The translations under genes were made by a program, and so were the position numbers. Of a stretch of 64,000 nt of DNA, positions 11,718 to 24,349 are shown piece after piece. The notes beneath the pieces were generated by a model. That model did not search any database and was not told the origin of the DNA. It saw only the letters and a program-made list of their open reading frames with translations. Source of the stretch: Selaginella moellendorffii (taxonomy: Eukaryota > Plantae > Lycopodiophyta); NCBI RefSeq assembly GCF_000143415.4, contig NW_003314261.1:744001-808000 (forward strand), in the 5' to 3' direction. The stretch's first letter is position 1; each line of letters opens with the position of its first letter.

Positions 11718-14211
11718 TCATAGAAGGCCCAGAGTGAAATCACTACAGAAAAGAAACAGAGTGTGAAACACACCTAGCAAGTCGTCGTCCTGGTCCTGGA
11801 AACCCGATAGCTCAAGAAACAGTGGTGGAGAGGACCGTGTTGCCTGAGCCCGATTGACGCTTTCCTTTTGTACAGTCAAAGGCGTGAAATAGTGCTCTGA
11901 GGTCGTGTTACTGGTGCTGGTGTTCTCAGTCGCGGCCTCAACAGGCTTTGAGAGTGCGGCATCGTGAACTGCTTGCCGCAATTCTTTGAAATCATCTGGA
12001 ATATAAAAGCCGGCGTAGTCGATATATAAGACGTTACTGAACATCTTAGAATACCTTCGTAGTCCTTGTGGTCAGAGAAAGCCAGTGAAGACGGGCGGAG
12101 GTCCAAATCATCGTCGTCACCACCTTTGTGCAAAAGAGAAAACGGCGAAGACAGTGTTGGCAGCTGAGGAAGCTTTAGTGTCGGGCTTGGAGGTGCCAGT
12201 TCTAGGGGTCCAGGAGTGCCTCTATCATCAGCAACACAGTCCGAAGTCACGTCCTGCAAAAGCTAGTCAGGACATGGGCTCAAACAAGGTGGTCACGTAC
12301 TTGAGAGGAAAGTGCAGAGTCAGAATACACGCTATACCCAGCGAAAACAGCTTGAGAGGCAGAAGAAACCGCAGGGTGATTGACATGTTGACGGAGTTTG
12401 TTAATGTTTGCTTCCATTCCTGGAATGGCTTCCTTTAGCTGCGCAATGAGCACCTGAAGAACAAGTCCTTTTTAACAAACAAAGAAACCCAGCAAAAAGA
12501 ATTAATACCTGCATATTTGAGAGGTGTTGTTTTTGCTCCGCTAACGTTGCCCGTAATGCTTGTGTGTGTCCCTCACAAGCATCCACCGCATTTATAAGAT
12601 TAGGACCAGTGCCTTGATTTTGTCGTGACTGTACGACAATCCCAGTCATGTAAGCAAGTTAGACAAAGCTAAAGTTTTTACCAGCTTTTGAGCTTGTTTG
12701 TGTATGCGTTGCAAAGCATGGGTCCACCGTCTAATAACTTCAGCAACATCAAGCGGGCTCGACCCTTTAACTGCCCTGTCTGTTCTGGCTTCGTCGCCAT
12801 GAGCTGAAGTTTCCTGCTTTTCTAGTTGCTGATTGCAGCCATCGTCATTGGAGTTCAATGAACTTGGTATGACATTCATCCCTCTGTCGATGGCCACACG
12901 CAAAGCCGATCCATCTATACGATACCTATAAGCGCAGCGTCAAACAAAATCCAGGAACCAAAAGATTAAACACCTGTGGTCACGATGAGCAATCAAGTCT
13001 TCTATAGGGCCGCTTGCTAGTTTGTCGTGCCTCTCTATAATCAACAGAAAATCAGACAAGAATAAGAGAATACAGAAATTCAAGAAATGCAAACTGACCG
13101 GTATGTTTTAGAAGAGACTCCCAAAGCGTTGTAGCCCGAGACGCTGACGTTACTTTCTGATTTGCAAATGCTCTAGAACTTTGTAGCTCCTGCATTTTCT
13201 CCAGCTCTTGATGTAAATAAGCCTAATCGACAGCAAGACGAGTTCAAAGTAGGGAGAAAGAAGAAGTTAGATACCTCTTCAGCACACAAAGCCCGGTATT
13301 CAGCCGTCATGTCATGAGCAAGACTGGACCACAATGCCTGTTTATGCACGGCCGCAGACGCACCTTGCAGGAAACGCCTACGCTCTAGAGCAATACGTGC
13401 CTGCCAAAACACGCAAGTTCCAACAATCAATCAATCAACCAAATCTACCAATCAACACTCCACCTTTGTCACGGCAAGGAGAGCTGATGCATGTGAATTT
13501 TGCGTGATGACTTCCGTGAGCGACGCTGGCAAGGGGTTCTCGGCAACATCCGCTGGGAAGTTCCGTCGATGAACTTCTCGCAGAGCGTGGGCCGAGAGCT
13601 GCCATAATAGCTCCACAAATCTAGAGAAGGAAAAACGAAAAAAATTCAATCATAGGAACCACGGAGGCAAAACAAGACCCACCTCTGACCACAGCATGTA
13701 GCTAGCGAGGAAACCCGAGAGCTACTCCGAGGTAAAGCCCCTTGAGCCTCTAGCTCGTTGATAAGACCCTGGACAATCTGCAAAGAAAGGAATTTTCCAT
13801 CCCTTGAGAACTCTAAAACGAGCCAGAAGCACAGCGAAAGAATGCGTATTACTGTACTTTCCGGAAGTCGCGAGACTGTGCCGCGTCGAAAATCGGCCAG
13901 ACACCGGCAAAATCCTGCGAGATCGAGCGTGAGCGCCTCAAATCAACCTACATTCTCGCCTTCTTCCTCACCTTGGCGGCCAGCGACGGCCCCCGAAGCG
14001 CCGAGAGGAGAAAATGTAGCAGCGCCTCGCCGACACGCGGATTGGAGTGCCGGAAGAGGCCAGCTCGCGATCCAGCGCCTTGCCCTAGAATGCTGGCATC
14101 CAGGCCCAGGAGCAAGCAGTTGCCGTAGAGCGCCGCTTCCATCTCCGTCTCCTTGTCGCGGATCACATCCTTGGTAGCCTCCATCTTGGAGAGAAGGCTG
14201 CCATTCTCCAT
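11718..14211 (-). CDS. AUG6: AUGMIN subunit 6 (HAUS6 family), multi-exon
   Basis: Exon peptides [88 protein letters not shown]; short GT-AG introns. Confidence 0.9.
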
Positions 14212-14421
14212 AGCCTAAACTCTCCGCTCAAAACAAAGAAGCTCCACTCAAACAAACTAAGACCACCTTCTAAGGTAGCTACTGTGAAGCCGGCGTGTCC
14301 CTAGCAAAGACCCAGTGCAAAGCCAACGAGTCCCTGGCCATTAAAAAATGGGAATGTTTCCACTCCAAGGGTTTGGATTTTTAGGGTTCCAAAGGGAGAA
14401 AAGAAAAGAAAGAGAGAAGAA

Positions 14422-15340
14422 ATGGTGTGGCACGATTCTGATTCAGATTCAGATTCCAGCTGCCGCGATCATCACACCACTGCTGCCGATCGAGCGCGGA
14501 AGGTAGTGAATCGATTCATTGTTGTCGCGGCGCCGTGATTTTCTTCTTCTTTGTCTGGAATTTTTGCCAGGATTACTACAAGATCTTGGGAGTGGACTGC
14601 GACGCTTCCACTGACTCGATTCGAATCAGCTACTTGCGGCTCGCTTTGGTAGATTTTCCAAGCACAGATTTTTCCCCAACTTGATTTTTTCGTACTTTTT
14701 TTTTGTGTGGCAGAAATGGCATCCAGACAAGCACCAAGGACAGGATTCCGCGGCGACACTCAAGTTCCAGGAGATCAACGAAGCGTACACCGGTTAGATT
14801 TCGTTCCTCCTTTCTAGTTCTTACTCAAATCATGCGAAGAACTCCAGCAGAGTTCGTATCATACGAAGAACTTTAGCGAAGTTGTAGCTAGAAGTAGATG
14901 ATTTTCAAGCTACTCACGAGGGTTATGATGCTAGTGATCGCGTGCAGTGTTGAGTGACCCGGCCAAGAGACGAGACTATGATATGAGAGCCGATTTCAAC
15001 GTCCAGGAGTACAGCATCATAGTAAGAGTCACTCACATTTTCTCCTTGTTCTTCGTAGAGGGTCACTAAATCTTTCCATGGTTTTCGCTACAGGAGTATC
15101 TAAATCGATTCAAAGGCTTGATTCTTACGTGCAATGGTCTTGGAATTGGCGACCTCTCCGAGTGGTGATTACTCTCTTTTTTTCTGGTTCTTTTCATTTC
15201 TAGATTAATTTACAAGGTAGCTATGTTCTTCCGGGGGCGTGATCTTGCATTTTCATCTTGGTTGTCTCGGGATTTTTTGCAGGATGGAGCAATTGCTGCG
15301 ACTCGGCTATGAGGAAGTTGTGAATATGTACAATCAATGA
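14422..15340 (+). CDS. Small J-domain (DnaJ type C) protein, multi-exon
   Basis: Spliced reading [47 protein letters not shown], containing the HPD motif. Confidence 0.88.
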
Positions 15341-15436
15341 AAAGGAAATAAGTTTTAAGGGCTCTTAAAGGAAATATTTAACCGTCCCGTTATCTTAAAC
15401 CTAGAAATTCGATCTCCATTCTTATGTTCTTCCAAG

Positions 15437-16429
15437 ATGGGTATGTTCTTCTCTCGATTCTTTACTTCCTTGTTCGGCGATAGGGAAGCTCGGATCCTCG
15501 TCTTGGGCCTGGACAACGCCGGCAAGACCACGATTCTCTGTATCCTTTGATCGATCCGTCAGATCTAGCGCTTCTAGGTTGAAATTCCGCGGCGATCTCC
15601 GCCCGGGGGTCCTTAACTCGACATTTCAGATCGATTGCAAGCTGGGGAAGTGGTGGAGACTGTGCCGAGTGAGTGAGATTTGCATTTTAGGTCTTGGATC
15701 TAGCTCACAAGTTCTCTCTTCCCGTCTCTTCCAGCGATAGGATTCAATGTAGAAACCGTACAGTACAACAACATCAAATTTCAAGTATGGGACTTGGGTA
15801 CGTGCCTTTCAATTGTTCTTTGCTCTTTCCAGAATCATTGAAACTTCTCTCGACTTCTCTCGATCATAGGTGGCCAGACGAGTATCCGGTGAGTGATCGC
15901 GGTCATTTTTTCTTTTGTTTCAAACACTTTGGTTTGCTGACACTCATCATTCAGACCTTACTGGAGATGCTACTTTCCAAACACACAGGCTGTGATTTAC
16001 GTTGTTGATTCGACTGACACGGAAAGAATGGCAACTGCAAAGGACGAACTCCACGCTATCCTAGAGGTTCTTTTGTGGTTTTTCTCTCGCTAACACTCGT
16101 GCTAAACTTTAGGAAGAGGAGCTCAAGGACACAGTTGTCTTGATCTACGCCAACAAACAGGTCTGTTTTGATTTTGTGTCCGCGAGGGAACTAAATTCTG
16201 GCTTCTCAACAGGATCTCCCGGAAGCGCTCGAGAGTGCAGCAGTCTCGGAGTCTCTCAACCTTCACAAGATCAAGAACAGAGAATGGGCCATTTTCAAAA
16301 CTTCGGCAGTCAAAGGCGAGGGATTGTTCGAGGGCCTCAACTGGTAACACTGCTACAGACTCGTGCCTGATTTGATGGTTGCTTCTATCTCGCAGGTTGA
16401 GCGACACATTAAAATCCAAGGGAAGATAG
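15437..16429 (+). CDS. ARL1: ADP-ribosylation factor-like GTPase ARL1, multi-exon
   Basis: Spliced reading [67 protein letters not shown]. Confidence 0.93.
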
Positions 16430-16765
16430 CTCGACTTGATCGGAAGAGAGAAACCGAAATTTGTAGAAGCACGCAGTTGGATAAGGTATCACTTTTTTCC
16501 CTGCAAAGCTTGTTAACAGTTTTATAGGAAAACGAAGAGAAAGTACTTTTCTGGGGATATCTTTTGTATCCAATGGCCTGGATTTCAGATTCCACGACAC
16601 TTGTCACCGTGAAACCGGACCAGATGGCAACTACTTGTCATGCAAATCGCCACGAAGCTCCGTTCGTGAAATTGGACAAAGGATATATAGTCGTGAACCA
16701 GGGAAGCGTGACACCATTTCTTGGAAGAGAGTTACATCACATCGACGAGAAAGAAGACGAACAGC

Positions 16766-17638
16766 ATGAGGGGTATCGCGCTCTCAGGCATATACAGGCG
16801 CTCGAGCAGCAAACTCGGATCGCCTGGAGCAGCATTCTCGACGATTGCAGCTCGGCAGCAACAGCAGCAGCAGCAAGTGAACTACGGTGCTGACCCGAAG
16901 CCGCAGCCGAACCCGGCAGCCAAGCCGCTCGATATCGATGCGCAGCGCCGGGATCAGCAGCAGCAGCAGCAGCCGCAAGTTGATGGTCAGGCTAAAACCA
17001 TCGGTGATGTGAGTTATCTCTTCTCAGTTTTTCTCTCTTTTGTTTCTTCTTTGCTTTTGCTCGTTGCGTGATTCCATGATTTCTGATTCCATGGTGTTTG
17101 ATTCCAATGCCAGGCTCTCGAGGAGGCTGCTGCTAAATCCGGTGACAAGCCACTGGAGCTCAAGGACACGCGAGTGATTCAAAGCGCCGAGGCGCGGGCC
17201 ACTGGCGCGGCGGCTGGTGTTCTGGGTGGGCCTGCACAGTACGCGACGCGTCTCTATGAGAATGCTGAGAATGCTACACTGGGGGAAGCACTCCAGGTGC
17301 CAGATTTTTAATTTTTTTTTTTCATTCCTTCATTTCTTCCACTCAGCCCAAGATTCTTCTTCCACCCAGCCCAAGATCTTTTTTCTTTCTTCCAGTGATC
17401 TTGCTCGCTAACTACATTGCTTTGGTTGATTTTATAGGACGTGAAAGCCCATCTCCCGGCTGACAAGGTTGCGACTCCTCGCGATGCGACTCGGATCGAG
17501 CAGGCCGAGCAGAGGAACGATCCAATGGGTCGCGTGGATCCGGCTGGAGTGGCAGCGGCAGTGAAAGAGGCGGCGGATTATAACGTCGAGAAAGGATTCG
17601 TGGCGCCGGGGACGCCCGCTGGAGCGGGAAGGGTTTAG
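16766..17638 (+). CDS. LEA D-34 / seed maturation protein (SMP domain) with N-terminal extension, 3 exons
   Basis: TIGD/ALEEAA..GDKPL..D..VIQSAEARATG; TLGEALQ/DVKAHLPADKVATPRDA..EQRND..GVAAAV; TATA-like box near 16684. Confidence 0.85.
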
Positions 17639-17960
17639 CAAGGGTTTAAGCAAAAGGCTTTAAAGGGACTCGTTTAGGTCATTGTCATAAAATCCATTTT
17701 AGGGCACCTTTAGGATGTAAAAAGAAAACTTCGTGCAGCGCGCGCTCGTACGTCTCTGCGTGCTTCGTGTTGGTTGTGGTTTCGTTGTGGAACAACGTGT
17801 TCCACGCGGATCGAAAGGTCCGCGAGCGTATATATGTGCGTGGTTTGAGAGAAAGGGTAGTCTAGGGTTTTTATTTGGAGCGAGTGATCGGCAGAGAGTA
17901 GAAAGGCGCTGAGAGAGAGAGAGAGAGAGGAGAGGATATTTTCTTGCTCTGATTGATTTT

Positions 17961-18086
17961 CGGGCAAGGATCTTGCCCGGGCATTGGATCTCTCCAGCTT
18001 CCTCCGAAAATTGGTCCGGCAAAGGCAAAGCCGGGGCTTCTGTGCCTGAAGCCTCGGCATCCTGCGAAGACAGTTCTTCGCAGGAT
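17961..18086 (+). promoter_or_regulatory. Structured 5' leader of ADC with three hairpins
   Basis: Stems at 17961-17979, 18030-18058 and 18059-18086; TATA-like box near 17829. Confidence 0.55.
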
Positions 18087-18116
18087 CCTGTATTTCCACT
18101 CGCACAAGCGCAAGCG

Positions 18117-20231
18117 ATGCGGTCCCTAGCGATCCCGCCCATGACCATCGGTAGCGGCAGCAGCAGCGGCAGCGACGACGATGAGGACGTTCTCTTTCGC
18201 AACATTGGCCCGGCCAGGGTTCAAGAAGATCTCGCCAAGCAATGGAGCGCTGGCGATTCCATGGCGCTCTACCGGATCGGTGGCTGGGGATTCCCGTTCT
18301 ACTCCATCAACGGCGACGGCAATCTCTGCGTCAACCCTAGCGGCAGCGGCAGCGGCGGTGCATCGATCGAGCTCAGGGCCGTGATTGATCGAGTTCTTGC
18401 CGCTTCCAGAGGTAATATTTCGCCTCCGCTCATCATCCGTTTCCCGGAGCTCCTCGGCGCCAGGCTCCGCGAGCTCCAGTCAGCATTCCAGGGCGCCATC
18501 CACGCGCTGGGCTACAACAATCGCTTCCAGGGGGTGTTCCCGGTGAAATGCAATCCCGACAAGCTGCTGGTGGAAGAGATCGTGGCGGCGGGCAAGCCAT
18601 TCGCGTTTGGATTGGAGGCCGGCTCCAAGCCCGAGCTCCTGCTCACGATGAGCGCGATGTGCAAGGCACACCCGGACGCCTTCCTCATCTGCAATGGCTA
18701 CAAGGACGCTGAGTACGTCCAGCTCGCGCTCCTGGCCCGGAGCCTTGGCATGGATTGCATCATCGTCCTGGAGCAGCTGGACGAGGTGGATCTCGTGATC
18801 GAGATGAGCCAGCGCCTGGGGATAGAGCCGGCCATTGGGGTCCGATCCAAGCTCCACACCAAGCACGGCGGCCACTGGGGTGAGACGTGCGGAGAGGGTG
18901 GCAAGTTCGGGCTCTCGGCTCCCGAGATCGTGGAGGTGGCGAGGAGGCTGCGGCGGCAGGGGATGCTGGATTGCCTGGAGCTCGTCCACTTTCACGTCGG
19001 CTCGCAGATCCCATGCCTGTCGGTGGTGAAGGACAGCGTGAGCGAGGCGGCGTTCCTCTACTGCGAGCTCGCGCTCATGGGCGCCGGGATGAGGATCCTC
19101 GACATTGGTGGCGGGCTCGGGATCGACTACGATGGCTCCGCCTCGGCCTCCTCGGACATGTCGGTCGGGTACACGGTTCCGGAGTACGCGAGCGCGGTGG
19201 TGGCGGCCATTGACGCGGCGTGCGCGATGAAGAAGGTCGATGCTCCGGTGGTTTGCTGCGAGAGTGGACGCGGCCTCGTCTCCCACCACTCGGTACTCGT
19301 CTTCGACGTCTACTCCGCCACCCGGGTGCCAAAGGCCAAGTCTTCCGAGCAGGAGGAGCTCCTGGGGATGGTCCAAGAGCTCGAGTTTTGCGAGTGGGGC
19401 GAGCTGGATCTCCCGCTGGGCCAGCTCTGCGAGATGGTCCGGGCCAAGAGCTATGGGGTCGCGGCCGAGTACGCCAGGAACGCCAAGAGCGAGGCGTCGA
19501 GGCTGTTCAAGTCGGGGCTGGTGAGCCTGGAGCTGCGAGCCGGGCTGGAGCGGCTCTACGAGCTGCTGGTGGCATCATCGATGAGGCAGGCCCCAGCGAC
19601 GTACCACATGAATCTCTCGATGTTCAAGGCGATCCCGGACAACTGGGCCCTCGGCCAGCTCTTCCCGATCGTCCCGCTCCAGCGCCTCAACGAGGAGCCG
19701 ACCGTGAGGGCGATCCTCTCGGACCTCACCTGCGACAGCGATGGAAGGATCACGTCCTTCGTGTGTGGCGGTGGTGGCGGCGGCGGGGACACCGAGCGGC
19801 CATCGCCAAGCTTGCCCGTCCACGAGCTCGAGGAAGACGACGGTGTACGGGCGGGCGGCCGTGCGCGGCCGTACTACCTGGGCCTCTTTCTGGGTGGGGC
19901 CTACCAGGAGGCGCTGAGCAGCATGCACAACCTGTTTGGTGTAATGCACGTGGTTCACGTGGCGAGCGATGGTGGCGGGGGGTTCAGTGTGACGCGGGAG
20001 ATTCCTGGCCAGTCGATCGCGAGCGTGCTCCGTAGCGCGCAGCACGACCCAGGTGGCATGTTCGATTCCCTGCGCGCGCGGGTGATTGGGTCGCTGGCCG
20101 CGGGCCGATTCCATGGCGAGCGTGAGGCGCGGGTGGCGCTCCAAATCCTGGCCAAGACCTTCTCCAGCTACACCTATCTCCACACCATCGCGTCTACTAC
20201 TACTACAACTACTTCTGATGTGGTGGAGTGA
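18117..20231 (+). CDS. ADC: Arginine decarboxylase, intronless
   Basis: PLP lysine motif QGVFPVKCN, GLEAGSKPEL, HFHVGSQI, DIGGGLG, CESGR, DLTCDSDG; first in-frame ATG at 18117 gives MRSLA, similar to the plant MPALA start. Confidence 0.96.
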   Translation: MRSLAIPPMTIGSGSSSGSDDDEDVLFRNIGPARVQEDLAKQWSAGDSMALYRIGGWGFPFYSINGDGNLCVNPSGSGSGGASIELRAVIDRVLAASRGNISPPLIIRFPELLGARLRELQSAFQGAIHALGYNNRFQGVFPVKCNPDKLLVEEIVAAGKPFAFGLEAGSKPELLLTMSAMCKAHPDAFLICNGYKDAEYVQLALLARSLGMDCIIVLEQLDEVDLVIEMSQRLGIEPAIGVRSKLHTKHGGHWGETCGEGGKFGLSAPEIVEVARRLRRQGMLDCLELVHFHVGSQIPCLSVVKDSVSEAAFLYCELALMGAGMRILDIGGGLGIDYDGSASASSDMSVGYTVPEYASAVVAAIDAACAMKKVDAPVVCCESGRGLVSHHSVLVFDVYSATRVPKAKSSEQEELLGMVQELEFCEWGELDLPLGQLCEMVRAKSYGVAAEYARNAKSEASRLFKSGLVSLELRAGLERLYELLVASSMRQAPATYHMNLSMFKAIPDNWALGQLFPIVPLQRLNEEPTVRAILSDLTCDSDGRITSFVCGGGGGGGDTERPSPSLPVHELEEDDGVRAGGRARPYYLGLFLGGAYQEALSSMHNLFGVMHVVHVASDGGGGFSVTREIPGQSIASVLRSAQHDPGGMFDSLRARVIGSLAAGRFHGEREARVALQILAKTFSSYTYLHTIASTTTTTTSDVVE

Positions 20232-23200
20232 GTGACATCTACTTGCTCGGTCCCAGAGAATAAGCACCACAAATAACATTGTCAGACCATTTCAATTTTT
20301 GCATTCCATATACTGTTTTATGTAACAATCAGAATTTAATAAAGTTCTCACGGCTGTTGGGCTGCTGGTATGGAAGACAATCATGTTTGAATTGCAGCTG
20401 TAGCGTTATTACCCTCTAGACTGAGTATAACTTACCTTAGAAACAGACATAACGCCCCCGGGATTGTCTGCTTGCTGCTAAATCGCATGTATAAAACGTG
20501 CACTCGTACGTCTGAACGATATCCGGGTGTGATCCTGAGGTACATCTTCGAACATGCAAAGCGATTAAACAACTCTCCAGGAGACAGTTCCGGGTCAAGC
20601 AAAACGGTGTTGCTTCTCAGCAACCTTCTACTACTTCTCCTTCTTCGCTAGCTTACGTGAGAATACATGAAAATGAAATAACATTGTCGTCTTAGAATCA
20701 GTCGCGATCCTTTTCAAATTCTAAAAGACCACGAGAACTTTGGGAGTTTACTGACGGTGAAAATGTCCCGGAAGTCTCGGAGAGACCAAGCGCGGTGCTT
20801 CGCGTATCTTGTAAAGGCGCAACCCTGCAGATTGGTCAGGACACCGCTTTGTTTGACCCGGAACTCTCCTACTGGCAAGCTGCACAAGTCTGGTTAGAGT
20901 TGCGCTGGCCTGCTTCACCTTTCTAGAAGACGGGATGACACTTGTGAAGCCTGGTTTGTGCTCGAGAACCTGCAAATTGACATCAAATCCCTAGGGATAT
21001 ATAGGAAACTTTGCTTTTTTGCTAAACTCTGCATGTTTATTTTAAAACTATTTACTATAGATTATTTATTATATAATTTTTAAAACTAACCCGGAAATTT
21101 TATTAATTATGGTATATAAATGGCAATCAAAATATGCTGGCAAGCATGGCAAGAATTTGAATTATACTATAAGATCTATCAATTTAAAACACATGTGAGT
21201 TTATAACACATGTATGATCTTTTGGATGCAATTATTTTTTAAGACACATGTATACATGGCAACGTCTAGGTCAATGTCATGCATGCAAGATTTTAGTGCC
21301 AACTTATTTAGCATATCAGCAGGGTTTAGGCTTTGGGTTCTTTCAGTTCTTGTTAGAAAGTTCTACAACATATATAATGGCCACCTACATTATAAAGTCA
21401 ATTGATCATTAGCCACCAATGCTTCTACATGTAATAAAATTGAACATATGTTAAAAGTTGCTTTTCTTGAACATTCTAGAGAATCTTTCCAATGGCAGAT
21501 TTTGGGATGGGGTCCATGAACATGACAGAGTGGAATCTTTTATAGAACACAACCTGTTTCAAGAAAGAAGCTTTTAATGAGTTGACCCAGAAAAAAAATA
21601 GATTGGGATTTACAAATCATGTTTTGTAATGATTTTTTTAAAGTTGTCTTCTGAGATAAAATGAAAGAGCTTCTCTAGGAATGAAGAGGTTAAGGGCCTA
21701 TGCCAGCTTGTTACCATCTATAATGGGGGAGTGGGGTGCAAGCCCATTCTGGCAGAACTATATAGGGTATGTCAGCCACATAGGTGTAGCAATGAAATTC
21801 TCACCAACAACTACTCTTGATCCAATAGTCAGCAACAATACAATCAACTTAACAGCTACATGTCTGCCAATGCAAGGTGGACAAAGGTGGTGGTGATATG
21901 GTGCAAACACATTACCAAATGCAACTTGGTGCAGTTGAATCTCTGCTCTATTTTATTTCTAAGTCTTCATTGTTATACTTCTTCATAGTAGGTTTTTTGT
22001 CACTTCCAACACAACTCACCCTCCTGCTAGACAACTTCATCATGGTGAGAAGATGCCTTATATTTAAGAATTCTACTTATGATTTTCATGGATATCTTTC
22101 ACATGTAGAGAATTATAAAATGGTGTACATGTGAGCTATTTTGTCACCCTAGGAAAAATGCATCTACTTGTGCATTCTATAACCATAGAGCCCAAGAGAA
22201 CTTAGATCATGAGTGCATGCTGAAAAAATAGAGGAAGTGTATGTTGAGTAGGAGCAGAAGGAGCAGGATCTTGATGTAGATGATGGGGTATTGGAAGAAG
22301 AGTAGGAATTAGAGCAACAAATTTTAGAGGTCAATCAGGAATTGGCAGGATTAAAGGTTAGATAGGAACTGGAGGGTGGTGTGTTTCCTAAGTAGAACCA
22401 TGATATCAATATTCTTGATGATGAAGCTGTGATGGTCAACATTTGATAGACACTACAAGGTGACATCCTCAATTATGATTCTAAAAGGCAGAAGGGAAAA
22501 TTTATATCATGGAAGAAATGATTGCTTAGTGGAGAGTATATTGTGGAGAAGCTATGAAGAAGTTTCATGAGCCAATGTTGATTAGACCAACTTCTCAAAA
22601 GAAGCTATGTAGTGGCTAGAGATTGCTAAGAAAGGAAATGTATGCATTTAAGTGCTCAAAAACTCCCACTGATTTGTTAAAGCTCAATCTTTTGCTAAGA
22701 GCTTTTGGTGTTGCATAGAAATAGGGGTGAGAATGAAAAGGCATCAACAAAATTTTGGCATGGAGAGAAGTTTCAAGTTTACAAGAACTTTTGAGATCTA
22801 GTAGCTTCTTTTTGTGAATTACAAGTCTTTCAAATAATCACTCTTTTTATTTGATTTCATTAACACTATTACCCGACTAAGCATCCAAAATTCCCCAACA
22901 AGCATCCCATTTCCACCCATGACTGAAAGCACATAAAGGAGGAATCCTACGCAAAAGGAGAGAGATGGTCATAATCAAGAGAGCACACTTAATGAGACAA
23001 GAATAAAGCAAAAAAAAAAAAACTTTCACTAAATTTTTAGTGATATCACATTGTGTGCATGGCAGTTTAAGGTATCATGCTCTATAATGCACATAAGCAC
23101 ATTTTTATTGCAATTATAGCAATCAAAACATATGTGCATAATAATTTTGTGTACAATTGAAAAAAATAAATTAATATCTGTACATAAAAATGCACTTATG

Positions 23201-24349
23201 TGCCAACTCATATTCCTTGCCATATACAAGTATTTGTTTTTTAATATTTTAAGTTTGCAAATTAAATCTTGGGAATCTTATAAAATAATCTGAATGACAT
23301 GAATTAAATAGAAATAGATTGAACTGTTTAAAAAGTAAATCGGAAGCAAAATTATATGTGAACAAAAGGAGATCTTTCTTCTGGATTTGACAAGCCAAAC
23401 TGAAAAAATCTCTCATGCCACCAAAGGGTGGTGGGTCAAAGCTGGTAGATTGTGCCACTGGATTGCTTGGGGCTACCATTTAGATGCTGAAGGCATCTCT
23501 CATTCCTTTCCAGAACAATCATGGGAGATATCTTGATAGGATTTAAGATCTGTGGTTGAGATGATCTAATAGGTTGATTGGAAAATGCTGCTTGAGGAGG
23601 CATGTAGTAATTTGACCACTAACCGTGAGATGATCAGCTTCTTGGAGAGAAGATTATAGATCTTATAAGCCTTGTGTTTAGCACTGTAGCCTAGGTGTTT
23701 GTGGTGGGCTCTGGGTTCCATGGAGATCACACATAGCACTACTAAGAAGAAAAGAGAGGGTTTCCTAGCCTAGTTCGAGATGTAAAAAAAAGTGAGCATT
23801 GAGGAGGCAATAGCAGTGACAATAGCAAATGGGTTGATCACCAGTTGGAGCTATGAGTGGCTGTGGTGGGCAATAATAAGTATGAGCCCATTACTCCCTG
23901 TTCTCTGCTGTTGGACATGATTTTGCAAGTGGGCAAGCGTCTGACCAACATTGACAAGAGAGGCCCTGCTGAGCATACCCTAGAAGGAGTCCAAAGGATC
24001 AAAAAGTGCATGGAGGAGGATCTCAACAAGTGGCAAGAGTGACACCAGTGCCTAGAGTAGCAGCAAGGCAACATGACAAGCTCTATTCTTGGCTCATGTT
24101 CACTAATTCCCCTCCATTACTCTATGTTATTCTCTATTAAGCTATGTCACTAGGGTTCTTGGGTTTTTGGGAGGAAATCTTGGTGCCGGTGTTTGCCATA
24201 TGTCTGAGCAGTGTGACCAAGTTGTAGCTAGCTTGGATGCAATAAAAGGAGATAGAAAGCTAATCATTGCATTGGAAATTCAATATATTCCAGGCATGGT
24301 TGCAGAAGTGCTTGGTGATCTTCTGTTGTTGCCATGCATGCATCTAAGC

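Noticed and set aside
17973-18116. 48-aa N-terminal extension of ADC from a TTG start
   Set aside because: The ATG at 18117 matches the usual plant ADC start, and the region reads better as a structured leader; non-AUG use is unproven.
8982-20279. Long antisense and alternate-frame ORFs over the PPR and ADC genes
   Set aside because: Expected shadows of GC-rich coding sequence; no recognisable motifs.
21450-24300. Possible decayed coding sequence (acidic and coiled-coil-like fragments)
   Set aside because: Too many stops and no family I can recognise; it needs a translated search.
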